DNA of 64,000 nt, from positions 18,202 through 82,201 of the forward strand of contig NHCB01000008.1 of the NCBI GenBank assembly GCA_002167745.1. The letters are read 5' to 3'. Both the position numbers and the translations under genes were made by a program. The stretch is from Betaproteobacteria bacterium TMED22. GTDB taxonomy: Bacteria > Pseudomonadota > Gammaproteobacteria > Burkholderiales > Eutrophovitaceae. Position 1 is the first letter of the stretch. Each line of letters starts with the position of its first letter. Positions 54,826 to 64,000 of the stretch are shown piece by piece. The notes under the pieces were generated by a model. It did not search any database. It was not told the origin of the DNA and worked only from the letters and a program-made list of their open reading frames with translations.

Positions 54826-55461
54826 TTACATTAAAAGATCCGGGGCGAGCTCCACGATATGACGTTCAGCGTCAAGCTGGGGTACCCGAATTTGCTTGAC
54901 TTGCCTTACTCTTCCTTCAGGGATTTCCGCTAATTCTGCCGCAGGGTATTTACCTTTCATTGCGATTAACACTCCATCCGAATTACAAAACTTAGATGCG
55001 ATTCGAAGAAAAATTTTTAACTCGCTAAAAGCTCTAGAAACAATAACATTAAATCGTTTTGCGACCTCATAACTCTCGATTCTTGACGTCTCGACTTTGA
55101 CATTTTTAAGCTCGAGTTCGATAGTGACTTGCTTTAAAAAGGTCGTTTTTTTAGCACTGCGATCCAAAAGAAACACCTCTCTCTCTGGTTGTGCAATAGC
55201 AATAGGCAGCCCGGGAAAACCACCTCCCGTCCCAATGTCAAGCAACGAGCCGCTCGGAAGATGCCCTATAATAGAACAAGAATCATACAAGTGAGTACTT
55301 ACCCACTTAGCTTTTGGAGTAACTGATGTAATGTTATAAACTTGGTTCCACCTATCTAATAAAACCAAATATTGACGAAATATCGCTATCTGATGATTTG
55401 TTACCTCTACGCCCATTTGTTGCAGCATGACCCGAGAAAGCTCGCTAAAATTTTGCGTCAT
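54826..55461 (-). CDS. rsmG: 16S rRNA m7G527 methyltransferase RsmG (GidB)
   Basis: 211 aa with LLDIGTGGGFPGLPIAI; follows mnmG. Confidence 0.9.
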   Translation of the reverse strand: MTQNFSELSRVMLQQMGVEVTNHQIAIFRQYLVLLDRWNQVYNITSVTPKAKWVSTHLYDSCSIIGHLPSGSLLDIGTGGGFPGLPIAIAQPEREVFLLDRSAKKTTFLKQVTIELELKNVKVETSRIESYEVAKRFNVIVSRAFSELKIFLRIASKFCNSDGVLIAMKGKYPAAELAEIPEGRVRQVKQIRVPQLDAERHIVELAPDLLM

Positions 55462-57374
55462 TAACTAGCCACTCTTACCTGATCACCGTGTTCACCTAAA
55501 GACTGATTTGATCTTTTTAGATAGACCGACAAAATGCCAACAGCGGCTGGCGTGATGCCTGAGATTCGGCTTGCATGGCCCAAAGTAACCGGGCGATTAG
55601 AGGTTAACTTCTGCTTAACCTCCGAAGAGAGGCCCGGCACATTTTCATAGTCGAAGTCCTTGGGAATCTTAATTCCTTCAAGACTGGCCATCTTTGTCAC
55701 CTCCTCTTTTTGGCGACTAATGTAACCTTGATATTTGGATTGAATTTCCACTTGTTCGGCCACAACATGATCTTCAACGCCTGGCCCGACACCGTTCAAA
55801 CTCATTAAAGCACCATAATTCACTTCCGGACGCTTTAAAAGCTGAATTACAGAGTATTCATGATCCAAGGATTTGCCAAAGACTTGTTTTATTTTGTCTT
55901 GGTCATCGCAGCTTGGACCAATAAACAATTTAGTAAGGCGCTCGGTTTCAACCTCAATAGAGCGCCGCTTCTGTTCAAAAATCTCCCATCGACGATCGTC
56001 AACAAGACCTAGATCTCGACCCGCCGGCGTTAACCTGAGGTCCGCATTATCTTCTCTAAGACTTAATCGATATTCCGCTCGACTTGTAAACATCCGATAA
56101 GGTTCTGTCACCCCTCGAGTAATTAAATCGTCAACTAATACGCCCAAATACGCCTCATCACGCCTTGGATACCACCCAGCCTTACCTGCGACTTTCCGCG
56201 ACGCATTCAATCCAGCCAACAGCCCTTGCGCTGCCGCTTCCTCATATCCTGTCGTACCGTTAATCTGTCCGGCGAAGAATAAGTGTTCTAAAGCTTTTGT
56301 CTCTAAAGTCGGCTTCAGGGCTCGGGGATCAAAATAATCATATTCAATAGCATATCCTGGCCTTAAGATATAAGCTTCCTCAAGACCCTTGATCGACTTG
56401 ACTATCTCGCTTTGAACGTCGAATGGAAGGCTTGTGGAAATCCCGTTCGGATAATATTCGTTGGTGTTCAAGCCCTCCGGCTCAAGGAAAATTTGATGAT
56501 GACCACGGTCAGAAAAGCGGACTACCTTATCCTCTATCGACGGACAATAACGCGGCCCAACCCCCTCTATCAATCCTGTATATAGCGGCGATCGATCTAA
56601 GCCCGAGCGAATAAGATCATGCGTTTCTTCGTTAGTGTGTGTAATCCAACAGGGCACCTGCCGCGGATGCTGATCCTGCGACCCCACAAAAGAAAAAACT
56701 GGTCGCTCGACATCACCGTCTTGCCTCTCCAGGACAGAAAAATCAATAGTGCGACCGTCAATTCGCGGTGGCGTACCGGTCTTGAGACGCCCTACTGGCA
56801 GTTGTAACTCACGCAATCGAGCCGCTAACGCATTAGCAGGTGCGTCACCAGCTCTCCCGGCCTCATGATTTTTTAATCCTACATGAATTTTTCCGGCCAA
56901 AAATGTCCCTGCCGTTAAAACCACCGCCTTGGCGTTGATAGTCAGCCCTATATCTGTTATCACCCCCGTGACCGAATTCCCAGAAACAAGCACATCTACT
57001 GCCGCACCTTGGAATATATCTAACCGGTTCTGGGACTCAAGCTTCTCCCTTATTGCCTGCCGATATAAAGAGCGATCTGCTTGCGCGCGCGTCGCTCGAA
57101 CGGCCGGCCCCTTGCTTGAATTAAGGCGACGAAAATGTATTCCAGCCTCGTCAGCCGCAGACGCCATTGCGCCGCCTAATGCATCAATCTCTTTTACCAA
57201 ATGGCCTTTGCCGATGCCTCCGATTGATGGATTACACGACATTTGCCCCAGCGTTTCTATGCTATGCGTGAGCAATAGCGTCTGAGACCCCGAGCGCGCC
57301 GAGGCTAACGCAGCCTCAGTGCCTGAATGGCCGCCACCAATAACCACTACATCATAGTTTTTTGAAAACAACAT
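55461..57374 (-). CDS. mnmG: tRNA uridine-5-carboxymethylaminomethyl modification enzyme MnmG (GidA)
   Basis: 637 aa with FAD motif [14 protein letters not shown]; full-length GidA pattern. Confidence 0.95.
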   Translation of the reverse strand: MLFSKNYDVVVIGGGHSGTEAALASARSGSQTLLLTHSIETLGQMSCNPSIGGIGKGHLVKEIDALGGAMASAADEAGIHFRRLNSSKGPAVRATRAQADRSLYRQAIREKLESQNRLDIFQGAAVDVLVSGNSVTGVITDIGLTINAKAVVLTAGTFLAGKIHVGLKNHEAGRAGDAPANALAARLRELQLPVGRLKTGTPPRIDGRTIDFSVLERQDGDVERPVFSFVGSQDQHPRQVPCWITHTNEETHDLIRSGLDRSPLYTGLIEGVGPRYCPSIEDKVVRFSDRGHHQIFLEPEGLNTNEYYPNGISTSLPFDVQSEIVKSIKGLEEAYILRPGYAIEYDYFDPRALKPTLETKALEHLFFAGQINGTTGYEEAAAQGLLAGLNASRKVAGKAGWYPRRDEAYLGVLVDDLITRGVTEPYRMFTSRAEYRLSLREDNADLRLTPAGRDLGLVDDRRWEIFEQKRRSIEVETERLTKLFIGPSCDDQDKIKQVFGKSLDHEYSVIQLLKRPEVNYGALMSLNGVGPGVEDHVVAEQVEIQSKYQGYISRQKEEVTKMASLEGIKIPKDFDYENVPGLSSEVKQKLTSNRPVTLGHASRISGITPAAVGILSVYLKRSNQSLGEHGDQVRVAS

Positions 57375-57433
57375 AATTTTATAACGCTACTTAACGACAC
57401 CCATTACACACTAAGCCTGTTAGGCCCACCATA

Positions 57434-57449
57434 TGTTTCACGTGAAACA
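57434..57449. other. parS centromere-like site (ParB binding)
   Basis: TGTTTCACGTGAAACA is an exact match to the TGTTNCACGTGAAACA parS consensus. It is embedded in an 18-bp perfect palindrome (57433-57450) in the mnmE-mnmG gap. Confidence 0.85.
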
Positions 57450-57461
57450 TGTTAAAAGTTC

Positions 57462-58793
57462 TTATTTTCCAACACAAAAATTAGAAAATATTTCTCCTAG
57501 TAAGTCATCCGCCACGAATTCCCCTGTGATTTCTGATATTGCATTTTGTGCCACCCTTAGCTCTTCCGCGCAAAGCTCAATTGTACCGATATTTATTAAA
57601 GCGGCGGTGACATGTGCCGCCGCTCGATCCAGCGCGTTAAGGTGTCGTTCCCGCGCCATAAACGGCATTTCCTCGCTTAACCTAACCCCGGCCTTCTCAA
57701 GAAGACATTCCTTTAGTATTTCTATGCCCGCTCCAGTCTTTGCTGATAGGTTGACGGCTGGAATCCCTCCGCGCTCATTGAGGCTCGCCGACTGACCTTT
57801 TAGATCAATTTTATTGAACACTACAATGCTTTTGTTTTCCGCAAAATGGGGCATCGACGCTCTTGCTCCCAAATCGCTACCAGCCTCTCGTATATCAACT
57901 ATAACATCTGCATCTTTTAAATGATCTAGAGTTCGTTGAATGCCCATGCTCTCAATTGGGTCATCTGACCGCCTTAGGCCGGCCGTATCAATAATAAGCA
58001 TAGGCATCCCGCCAACTATGATTTGGCGCTCTATGGAGTCTCTTGTTGTCCCAGCATATTGAGTCACGATTGATGTTTCCTCTTCTGACAATCTATTCAT
58101 CAAGGTTGACTTGCCGACGTTGGGCTCCCCTGCTAAGACAACTTTTGCGCCCTCTCTAAGAAGGTTGCCCTGGGTCGCCTGTTCTCTAAGCTGCACCAGG
58201 CTTAGGTGCACTCCATTGAGTCGATCCTTGACAGACTCGTCTTTTAAAAAGTCGATCTCCTCCTCAGAAAAGTCAATGGCAGCCTCCACAAAAACGCGTG
58301 CCTCAATTAATTCGGTTTTTATTTGCTCTGTTCGAGTGGAAAATTCGCCGCTCAATGAGCGATGCGCGCTTAAAACGGCCGCCTCAGAAGATGCACCGAT
58401 CAAATCGGCCACACTTTCAGCCTGAGCTAAATCAAGTTTACTATTGAGATACGCCCGTTTTGTAAATTCTCCGGGCTCGGCGAGTCTCGCTCCCGCATCA
58501 ATGCATGCACGCAAAATCAGACGAAGTACGCCTGGGCCACCATGGCCTTGAAGCTCAAGGACGTCCTCCCCAGTGTAAGAATTAGGCCCCTGAAAATAAA
58601 CCGCTAAACCGGAGTCTAAAGCCTCTCCGGCTCCATTAACAAAGGTGCGTATTACCGCGGTTCGCTTTGGTGGCAATCCATCGATAATGTGCTTGGCGAT
58701 TATTCTGGTTTTTTTACCGGAAACCCTAACGACTCCTATACCGCCCGTGCCGGGTGGTGTCGCTATGGCCGCAATAGTCTCATTGTTTAACAT
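57462..58793 (-). CDS. mnmE: tRNA modification GTPase MnmE (TrmE)
   Basis: 443 aa; TIAAIATPPGTGGIGVVRVSG, G1 GEPNVGKS, C-terminal CVGK. Confidence 0.95.
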   Translation of the reverse strand: MLNNETIAAIATPPGTGGIGVVRVSGKKTRIIAKHIIDGLPPKRTAVIRTFVNGAGEALDSGLAVYFQGPNSYTGEDVLELQGHGGPGVLRLILRACIDAGARLAEPGEFTKRAYLNSKLDLAQAESVADLIGASSEAAVLSAHRSLSGEFSTRTEQIKTELIEARVFVEAAIDFSEEEIDFLKDESVKDRLNGVHLSLVQLREQATQGNLLREGAKVVLAGEPNVGKSTLMNRLSEEETSIVTQYAGTTRDSIERQIIVGGMPMLIIDTAGLRRSDDPIESMGIQRTLDHLKDADVIVDIREAGSDLGARASMPHFAENKSIVVFNKIDLKGQSASLNERGGIPAVNLSAKTGAGIEILKECLLEKAGVRLSEEMPFMARERHLNALDRAAAHVTAALINIGTIELCAEELRVAQNAISEITGEFVADDLLGEIFSNFCVGK

Positions 58794-60426
58794 TATTGGG
58801 CTTTTTACCCTCGATAGCCCGCGTAATTGTCCATTGCTGCGCTATAGACAACACGTTGTTTACAAGCCAATACAAAACTAAACCTGAGGCGAAGAAAAAG
58901 AAGAAAACGCTGAATACTACCGGCATAACCTTCATTACTTTGGCCTGTATTGGGTCTGGCGGGGTTGGGCTAAGCCAAGACTGGGCCACCATGCTTAACG
59001 CCATGAGGATCGGCAAAACATAATAAGGATCTTTAGCGGAAAGATCCGTTATCCAAAAGATAAACGGGGCGTCTCTCAATTCGACGCTTGCGAGCAAAAC
59101 CCAATAAAGAGCGATAAAGAAGGGTATTTGAATCAATATCGGCAAACACCCGCCCAAAGGATTGATTTTTTCTTTCTTATACAAATCCATCATCGCCTGT
59201 TGAAATTTTTGTTTATCATCACCGTATGTTTCTTTTAGCGTTTTCAAACGCGGTGCCATAACCCGCATTTTCGCCATTGATTTATAGCCCGCTGCTGACA
59301 ATGGGAAAAATACCAACTTAATTATTACGGTAAGAACTACTATTGCCCATCCCCAATTGCCAACTATGCCCTGAATGGCGGACAGTAACCAAAACAGAGG
59401 CGATGCTATGATAGTTAACCAGCCGTAGTCCACGACTAAATCTAACCCTGGCGCCAATTTTTTAAGCACGTTTTGCTCTTGCGGTCCGGCATATAGGCGC
59501 GCGCCCAACGTTCCCTCCCTATTCGCTGATATCTCTGTACCGCCCTCAACGTACCCCATGGCATACAAATTATTGCCGAGTGATTTCATAAAATTCTCTC
59601 GAGTTTTCCCCTCTTCAGGAAGCCACGCGGCAACGAAATAATGTTGCACAAATCCAACCCAACCATCATTTACAATTTTCGGATAATTCACTTTGGCTCG
59701 GTCCATATCTTTGAAGGCAACTTTTTTAAATTTGGACTCCTCAGAATAAACCGCCCCACCAGTATAAGTTGGTTGTAATTTGGTATCTCCATCTGCGTCG
59801 CCACCATCCCTCAACAACTGAAAATATGCATTGGGAGTAATTGGCATATTGGTTTTATTTGTTATTTTATAATCCACATCTAACGCATATGATCCTCTAT
59901 AAAACGTGTATATTTTTTCTACGAAAGCATTTTCGGTATCCGATGACAGCACTACGCTGATTGAATCCTCCCCCGTACGAAGCAAGTACTCACTATCTTT
60001 AGATATAAATTGTGTATTATGGTTTGGCAGCCCCTCTCCTATTAATCCCGACTCAGCAATGTAGGTTCTGCCCGCTTCAATTTCAAAAAACCTTAGCGCG
60101 TCACTCTTACTGTCTTTGCTGTGATGCTGGGTTAATATTAGCTCTTTTATGCCACCACCCAAACGATCAATCTTTGCCGAAAATACATCAGTGCTTACCT
60201 GAACATAATCACCTAGTGTTGGAGCAGCCTTGTTTAATGCTTCCTCGCTCCGTTTATTAGATTGATCATTAATAGTAGCTTCAGGCACAGTCGAAATGCC
60301 TTGCTGGAGGTCTGTTGTGGGTAGCGACTCTGGCACTAACGATTGATCTTTTTTCAGCCAAGCATCGCCTAAAAGAATAATAGACCCGACAAAAATTACT
60401 GTGGCGATAATGCGTGCACTATCCAT
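58780..60426 (-). CDS. yidC: Membrane protein insertase YidC
   Basis: Start set at MDSARII (60426); the ORF extends to 60471. Large periplasmic P1 domain plus a conserved C-terminal 5-TM core. Confidence 0.93.
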   Translation of the reverse strand: MDSARIIATVIFVGSIILLGDAWLKKDQSLVPESLPTTDLQQGISTVPEATINDQSNKRSEEALNKAAPTLGDYVQVSTDVFSAKIDRLGGGIKELILTQHHSKDSKSDALRFFEIEAGRTYIAESGLIGEGLPNHNTQFISKDSEYLLRTGEDSISVVLSSDTENAFVEKIYTFYRGSYALDVDYKITNKTNMPITPNAYFQLLRDGGDADGDTKLQPTYTGGAVYSEESKFKKVAFKDMDRAKVNYPKIVNDGWVGFVQHYFVAAWLPEEGKTRENFMKSLGNNLYAMGYVEGGTEISANREGTLGARLYAGPQEQNVLKKLAPGLDLVVDYGWLTIIASPLFWLLSAIQGIVGNWGWAIVVLTVIIKLVFFPLSAAGYKSMAKMRVMAPRLKTLKETYGDDKQKFQQAMMDLYKKEKINPLGGCLPILIQIPFFIALYWVLLASVELRDAPFIFWITDLSAKDPYYVLPILMALSMVAQSWLSPTPPDPIQAKVMKVMPVVFSVFFFFFASGLVLYWLVNNVLSIAQQWTITRAIEGKKPNNVKQ

Positions 60427-60664
60427 TGTGTATTTCCTTTTTTTCTTGGGATATAGGCGGTACGGGGTCAACCCCCCCCGGATGAAATGGATGACATTTA
60501 CAAAGCCTTTTTACGCCTAGACGCAGTCCTTTACCGGGGCCATAACACGATATGCTCTCCTTAAAATATTCTGAACACGTAGGATAAAAACGACACCTCG
60601 CACCGAGCAATGGAGAAACCATATACTGATAATATTTAATTAATGTTAAAAGCAAGCGCTTCAT
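60419..60664 (-). CDS. yidD: Membrane protein insertion efficiency factor YidD
   Basis: [33 protein letters not shown]...; ATGA overlap with the rnpA stop (alternative start at 60682). Confidence 0.88.
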   Translation of the reverse strand: MKRLLLTLIKYYQYMVSPLLGARCRFYPTCSEYFKESISCYGPGKGLRLGVKRLCKCHPFHPGGVDPVPPISQEKKEIHNG

Positions 60665-60999
60665 TTTATTTGCTTTAGCCAAAGCTGCTCAAGCTCGCGC
60701 TTAATGACAACCAAGTCCGACTTGATAATTTTCCGGGTAGCTCTTATAACAACATCTTTGGACTTCATCGCGGACTTGGATGTTCGAAAAAGCTCTTTTA
60801 CTTGTCGTCGAACACGATTTCTGACGACCGCTAAAGGAATGTTTTTCTTAGATAACGACACTCCAATTCTACTAATGGGTAAATTGTTCTCCCTCGATAG
60901 TAAAATAAAATGACCGCTTCTATGCCTTGAAGGAAAGCGTCCCGAATAATTTGCGCCTCCGCATAAACGAGACTCCGAGGGTAGCTTATTTACAATCAC
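60661..60999 (-). CDS. rnpA: RNase P protein component
   Basis: 112 aa basic protein with the RNR motif region [15 protein letters not shown]. Its GTG start overlaps the rpmH stop (GTGA). Confidence 0.9.
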   Translation of the reverse strand: MIVNKLPSESRLCGGANYSGRFPSRHRSGHFILLSRENNLPISRIGVSLSKKNIPLAVVRNRVRRQVKELFRTSKSAMKSKDVVIRATRKIIKSDLVVIKRELEQLWLKQIK

Positions 61000-61130
61000 A
61001 CGCTTAAGCGTGCCCTCCCCTTGGCTCGACGCGCGTTAATTACCGAGCGACCACCGCGGGTCTTCATTCTCACTAAAAACCCATGTGTCCTTTGTCGCCG
61101 CGTTTTGGACGGCTGATATGTACGTTTCAT
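60996..61130 (-). CDS. rpmH: 50S ribosomal protein L34
   Basis: Not in the ORF track (44 aa). The minus strand translates as [44 protein letters not shown]. Confidence 0.95.
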   Translation of the reverse strand: MKRTYQPSKTRRQRTHGFLVRMKTRGGRSVINARRAKGRARLSV

Positions 61131-61169
61131 CCAAGTACTCCAAGTAACTTACAATCAAAAAAGCCTGCC

Positions 61170-61198
61170 ATTACAACGTTTTTTCTACAAATTGTCAA
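61170..61198 (-). promoter_or_regulatory. Candidate sigma70 promoter for rpmH-rnpA
   Basis: The minus strand reads TTGACA (61198-61193), a 17-nt spacer, then TGTAAT (61175-61170). Confidence 0.4.
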
Positions 61199-61219
61199 AT
61201 TGACCATTTTCAAATAGGC

Positions 61220-61228
61220 TGTGGATAA
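61220..61228. promoter_or_regulatory. Consensus DnaA box upstream of dnaA
   Basis: TGTGGATAA is the perfect complement of TTATCCACA, about 130 nt upstream of the dnaA ATG. Confidence 0.75.
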
Positions 61229-61357
61229 CCTCTAACAGATCGGATACAATCTAGTACAAATAACAAACAAAATAACAGACGCGTTATTCCGTTAATAAGC
61301 TCACAGACCCGACCTGCAATCAGGTAGGGTAATTATCTAATAATTCCGTATACTTTA

Positions 61358-62710
61358 ATGACTTCTTTTTGGGATGGCTGCCTCGACTACTTTAAAACTG
61401 TACTTTCCTCGCAGCAGTACAAGACTTGGGTTCAACCTCTAGACGGCAACATAATAAACGATGAAATCGTTATCGTTGCTCCTAATCGCTTTTTGCTGGT
61501 TTGGGCCAGAGATAACTACTCGAAAGACTTTAAACGGTTGTGCACAGAAGCAACAGGTTCTAATCTGCCAATCCGGTTTTCGTTAAAAACAGCTCCGCAC
61601 ACTGAAAAAACATCTAACCATTCTAAATCTTCTTATGGCGAAAGCGATAAATCACAACCTATTAAAAATCATATCAAACATAGCAATCGTCTACCGCAAC
61701 TAAACATTGGTTTTACTTTTGATAATTTTGTTATTGGCCGGGGCAACCAATTAGCTAGAGCTGCAGCCCTTCAAGTCTGTGACAATCCTGCCACAGCTTA
61801 TAACCCTCTTTTTATATATGGCGGGGGGGGCTTAGGAAAAACTCACTTGGTTCAAGCAATTGGTAATGTAATAGCCGAAAAAACCCCTGACGCTAAAATT
61901 CTTTATATTCATGCCGAAAAATATGTATCCGATGTTGTCAGCGCTTATCAGCACAAATCATTTGAAAACTTCAAACGTTTTTACCACTCTTTGGATCTTT
62001 TATTGATAGACGATATACAGTTTTTTGCTAAAAAAGCCAGAACCCAAGAAGAATTTTTCTATCTATTCAATGCTCTAACACAATCAAAAAAACAGGTTGT
62101 AATGACTTGTGACACGTTTCCAAAAGAAATATCGGGCATGGAAGACCGACTCGTGTCTCGATTTGGATCTGGTTTGACGGTAGCCATAGAGCCGCCTGAA
62201 CTCGAGCTCCGAGTCGCAATATTACTGAAAAAAGCAGAAATAGATTCTATACCGCTGAGCGAAGATGTCGCATTTTTCGTCGCAACGCACATACAATCCA
62301 ATGTCCGAGAACTAGAAGGTGCACTTAAACGAATATCAGCGTATGCAAATTTCACTAAAGAACTGATTTCCGTTTCGCTAGCGAAAGAAGCCTTAAAAGA
62401 TTTGCTAGCCAGCAATTCTAAATTAATCACAATTGATTCGATTCAAAAATGTGTTGCGGATTATTATAAGCTTAAAGTATCTGATATGTTCTCTAAAAAA
62501 CGGATACGGTCTGTGGCTAGGCCGCGACAAATGGCTATGGCATTGTCGAAAGAATTGACGAGCTATAGTCTGCCTGATATTGGTGACGCCTATGGTGGTC
62601 GAGATCACACTACCGTGCTTCATGCTTGCCGAAAAATTGCTGAACTTAGAACATCGGACTCAAACATTGCTCGGGATTTTAATGCTCTTATACAGATTCT
62701 CCGAAGTTAA
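61358..62710 (+). CDS. dnaA: Chromosomal replication initiator DnaA
   Basis: 450 aa with Walker A GGGGLGKTHL, DDIQF, and a C-terminal DNA-binding domain (DHTTVLHACRKI). Confidence 0.97.
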   Translation: MTSFWDGCLDYFKTVLSSQQYKTWVQPLDGNIINDEIVIVAPNRFLLVWARDNYSKDFKRLCTEATGSNLPIRFSLKTAPHTEKTSNHSKSSYGESDKSQPIKNHIKHSNRLPQLNIGFTFDNFVIGRGNQLARAAALQVCDNPATAYNPLFIYGGGGLGKTHLVQAIGNVIAEKTPDAKILYIHAEKYVSDVVSAYQHKSFENFKRFYHSLDLLLIDDIQFFAKKARTQEEFFYLFNALTQSKKQVVMTCDTFPKEISGMEDRLVSRFGSGLTVAIEPPELELRVAILLKKAEIDSIPLSEDVAFFVATHIQSNVRELEGALKRISAYANFTKELISVSLAKEALKDLLASNSKLITIDSIQKCVADYYKLKVSDMFSKKRIRSVARPRQMAMALSKELTSYSLPDIGDAYGGRDHTTVLHACRKIAELRTSDSNIARDFNALIQILRS

Positions 62711-62723
62711 CTATTTATAACTC

Positions 62724-62790
62724 TGTGGATAACTAGTTTAATTTATCTTAATAAAGTCAATATGTAGATAATACGAAATATTTATTCACA
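62724..62790. promoter_or_regulatory. DnaA-box cluster in the AT-rich dnaA-dnaN spacer
   Basis: TGTGGATAA (62724-62732, perfect), TGTAGATAA (62763-62771, 1 mismatch), TTATTCACA (62782-62790, 1 mismatch). Confidence 0.6.
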
Positions 62791-62915
62791 AAATATCCCT
62801 ATACTAAACGTAAATTAACCATAGAGTTTAAGCGACTAAAAACTTATTGACTTCAACGGTTTGAATTAGTTGTATACATTTAAATCGCTATCTATCACTA
62901 TTACTAAGGTTTAAT

Positions 62916-64000
62916 ATGAAACTATTAAATATCGATAAAGATTTACTATTAAAACCATTACAAATGGTTGCTGGCATTGTAGAAAGACGTCATACCTTAC
63001 CTATCTTATCGAATGTTTTTTTAAAAGCTAATAACAACGATCTGGAAGTCATAGCCACTGATTTAGAAATACAAATAGCAACCAATACCCCATTGGAAAA
63101 GTCTTATAAAAGTGAGACGTTAACTATTTCTGCACGAAAAACGCTCGATATTTTACGGGCACTACCCGATAATACAAAAATTAGTTTAGAAGCTTCTGAG
63201 AATAGAGCGACATTAAAAAGTGGGAAAAGTAAATTTCATTTACAAACGTTACCGTCAGGAGATTTTCCCCTTATAGCAGCTAAAGATAACGCGCACTTAG
63301 ACACCGTAATCATCGAGCAAAAAGTACTTAAAAACATGCTTCAAAAAGTACAATTTTCAATGGCACAGCAAGACATTCGTTATTATTTGAATGGTCTCTT
63401 ATTGGTACTAGATGGAGACACGATGAGATTAATAGCTACAGACGGGCATAGGCTATCCCACTCAGCAACTAAATTAGAAACTTCCGTGGGCAATAGAGAA
63501 ACTATCTTACCTCGAAAAACAGTACTAGAATTGTTGAAATTATTAGATAGTGATCAATCTACTGTCAAATTAGAGATTACCGACACACAGATAACCGTAA
63601 GGTTTGGCAACGTCACATTGGTATCAAAACTAGTAGATGGCAAGTTCCCAGATTACAAACGAGTAATACCCACAGATTTGAATAATGAATTAATTATAGG
63701 CAGGGAAAGTTTACAAGGTGCATTACAACGCGCCTCGATATTATCTAATGAAAAGTTTAAAGGGGTACGCTGGGTATTAACGAAAAATTTATTAAAAATC
63801 ATTTGTTCTAATAGCGAACAAGAAGAAGCGGAAGAAGAGCTAGAAGTAAGCTACCAAGGCGAGCCCCTTGATATAGGATTTAACGTCAATTACTTATTAG
63901 ATTGCTTGGGTAACGTAGGAACACAAGATATTAATTGCGCATTAGGTGACTCTAACAGCAGCATGTTAATGACAATAAAAGAAGACAGTACATTTCAGTA
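62916..64000 (+). CDS. dnaN: DNA polymerase III beta sliding clamp (3' truncated by window edge)
   Basis: Not in the ORF track because it runs off the window. ATG at 62916 with AAGG upstream. Translates MKLLNIDKDLLLKPLQMVAGIVERRHTLPILSNVFLK...RLIATDGHRLS..., a classic DnaN sequence. Confidence 0.93.
   Translation, partial: MKLLNIDKDLLLKPLQMVAGIVERRHTLPILSNVFLKANNNDLEVIATDLEIQIATNTPLEKSYKSETLTISARKTLDILRALPDNTKISLEASENRATLKSGKSKFHLQTLPSGDFPLIAAKDNAHLDTVIIEQKVLKNMLQKVQFSMAQQDIRYYLNGLLLVLDGDTMRLIATDGHRLSHSATKLETSVGNRETILPRKTVLELLKLLDSDQSTVKLEITDTQITVRFGNVTLVSKLVDGKFPDYKRVIPTDLNNELIIGRESLQGALQRASILSNEKFKGVRWVLTKNLLKIICSNSEQEEAEEELEVSYQGEPLDIGFNVNYLLDCLGNVGTQDINCALGDSNSSMLMTIKEDSTFQ

Noticed and set aside
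57433-57795. 120-aa plus-strand ORF starting MFHVKHVKS.
   Set aside because: Its ATG is simply the outer arm of the parS palindrome, and the rest is antisense to mnmE. No RBS and no recognisable domain.

Overview
This window covers the replication-origin region of a compact proteobacterial chromosome. Gene order is Pseudomonas-like gamma/beta-proteobacterial. GC is roughly mid-40s % from hand counts of sample lines, not computed. Coding density is very high, and many neighbouring genes share or overlap start and stop codons.

Genes, left to right:
- phoB (5' partial) and phoR, then HIT, YqaA, cytochrome c5, apaH and a PfkB kinase.
- rodA-mrdA-mreDCB, divergent from gatCAB.
- pyrE, xthA, ampG, metXW, lptE, leuS, prk, uvrD, thrB, polA.
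- A small hydrolase/dioxygenase group: amidohydrolase-2, MBL, TauD.
- msbA and a TonB-dependent receptor behind a cobalamin riboswitch.
- zapB-like, zapA, 6S RNA, EVE and TauE.
- An eight-gene minus-strand cluster: Liv-type ABC importer, M20 hydrolase, MatB-like CoA ligase and 2OG oxygenase.
- The full atpIBEFHAGDC operon, then parB-parA-rsmG-mnmG, a parS site, mnmE-yidC-yidD-rnpA-rpmH, dnaA and dnaN (3' partial).

Four features are absent from the ORF track and were read directly from the sequence: rpmH, the dnaN 5' portion, the 6S RNA, and the cobalamin riboswitch with its B12 box. A perfect parS palindrome and the DnaA boxes were found the same way.

I found no transposase, integrase, tRNA, CRISPR array, prophage or recognisable defence system. 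I cannot honestly point to a clearly novel system here; the window is mostly core housekeeping. The most second-look-worthy items are:
- the Liv/M20/MatB/2OG-oxygenase cluster, whose substrate is unknown;
- the riboswitch-TBDR-msbA-tauD string;
- the zapA-6S-EVE-TauE arrangement;
- the DnaA-box layout on both sides of dnaA.
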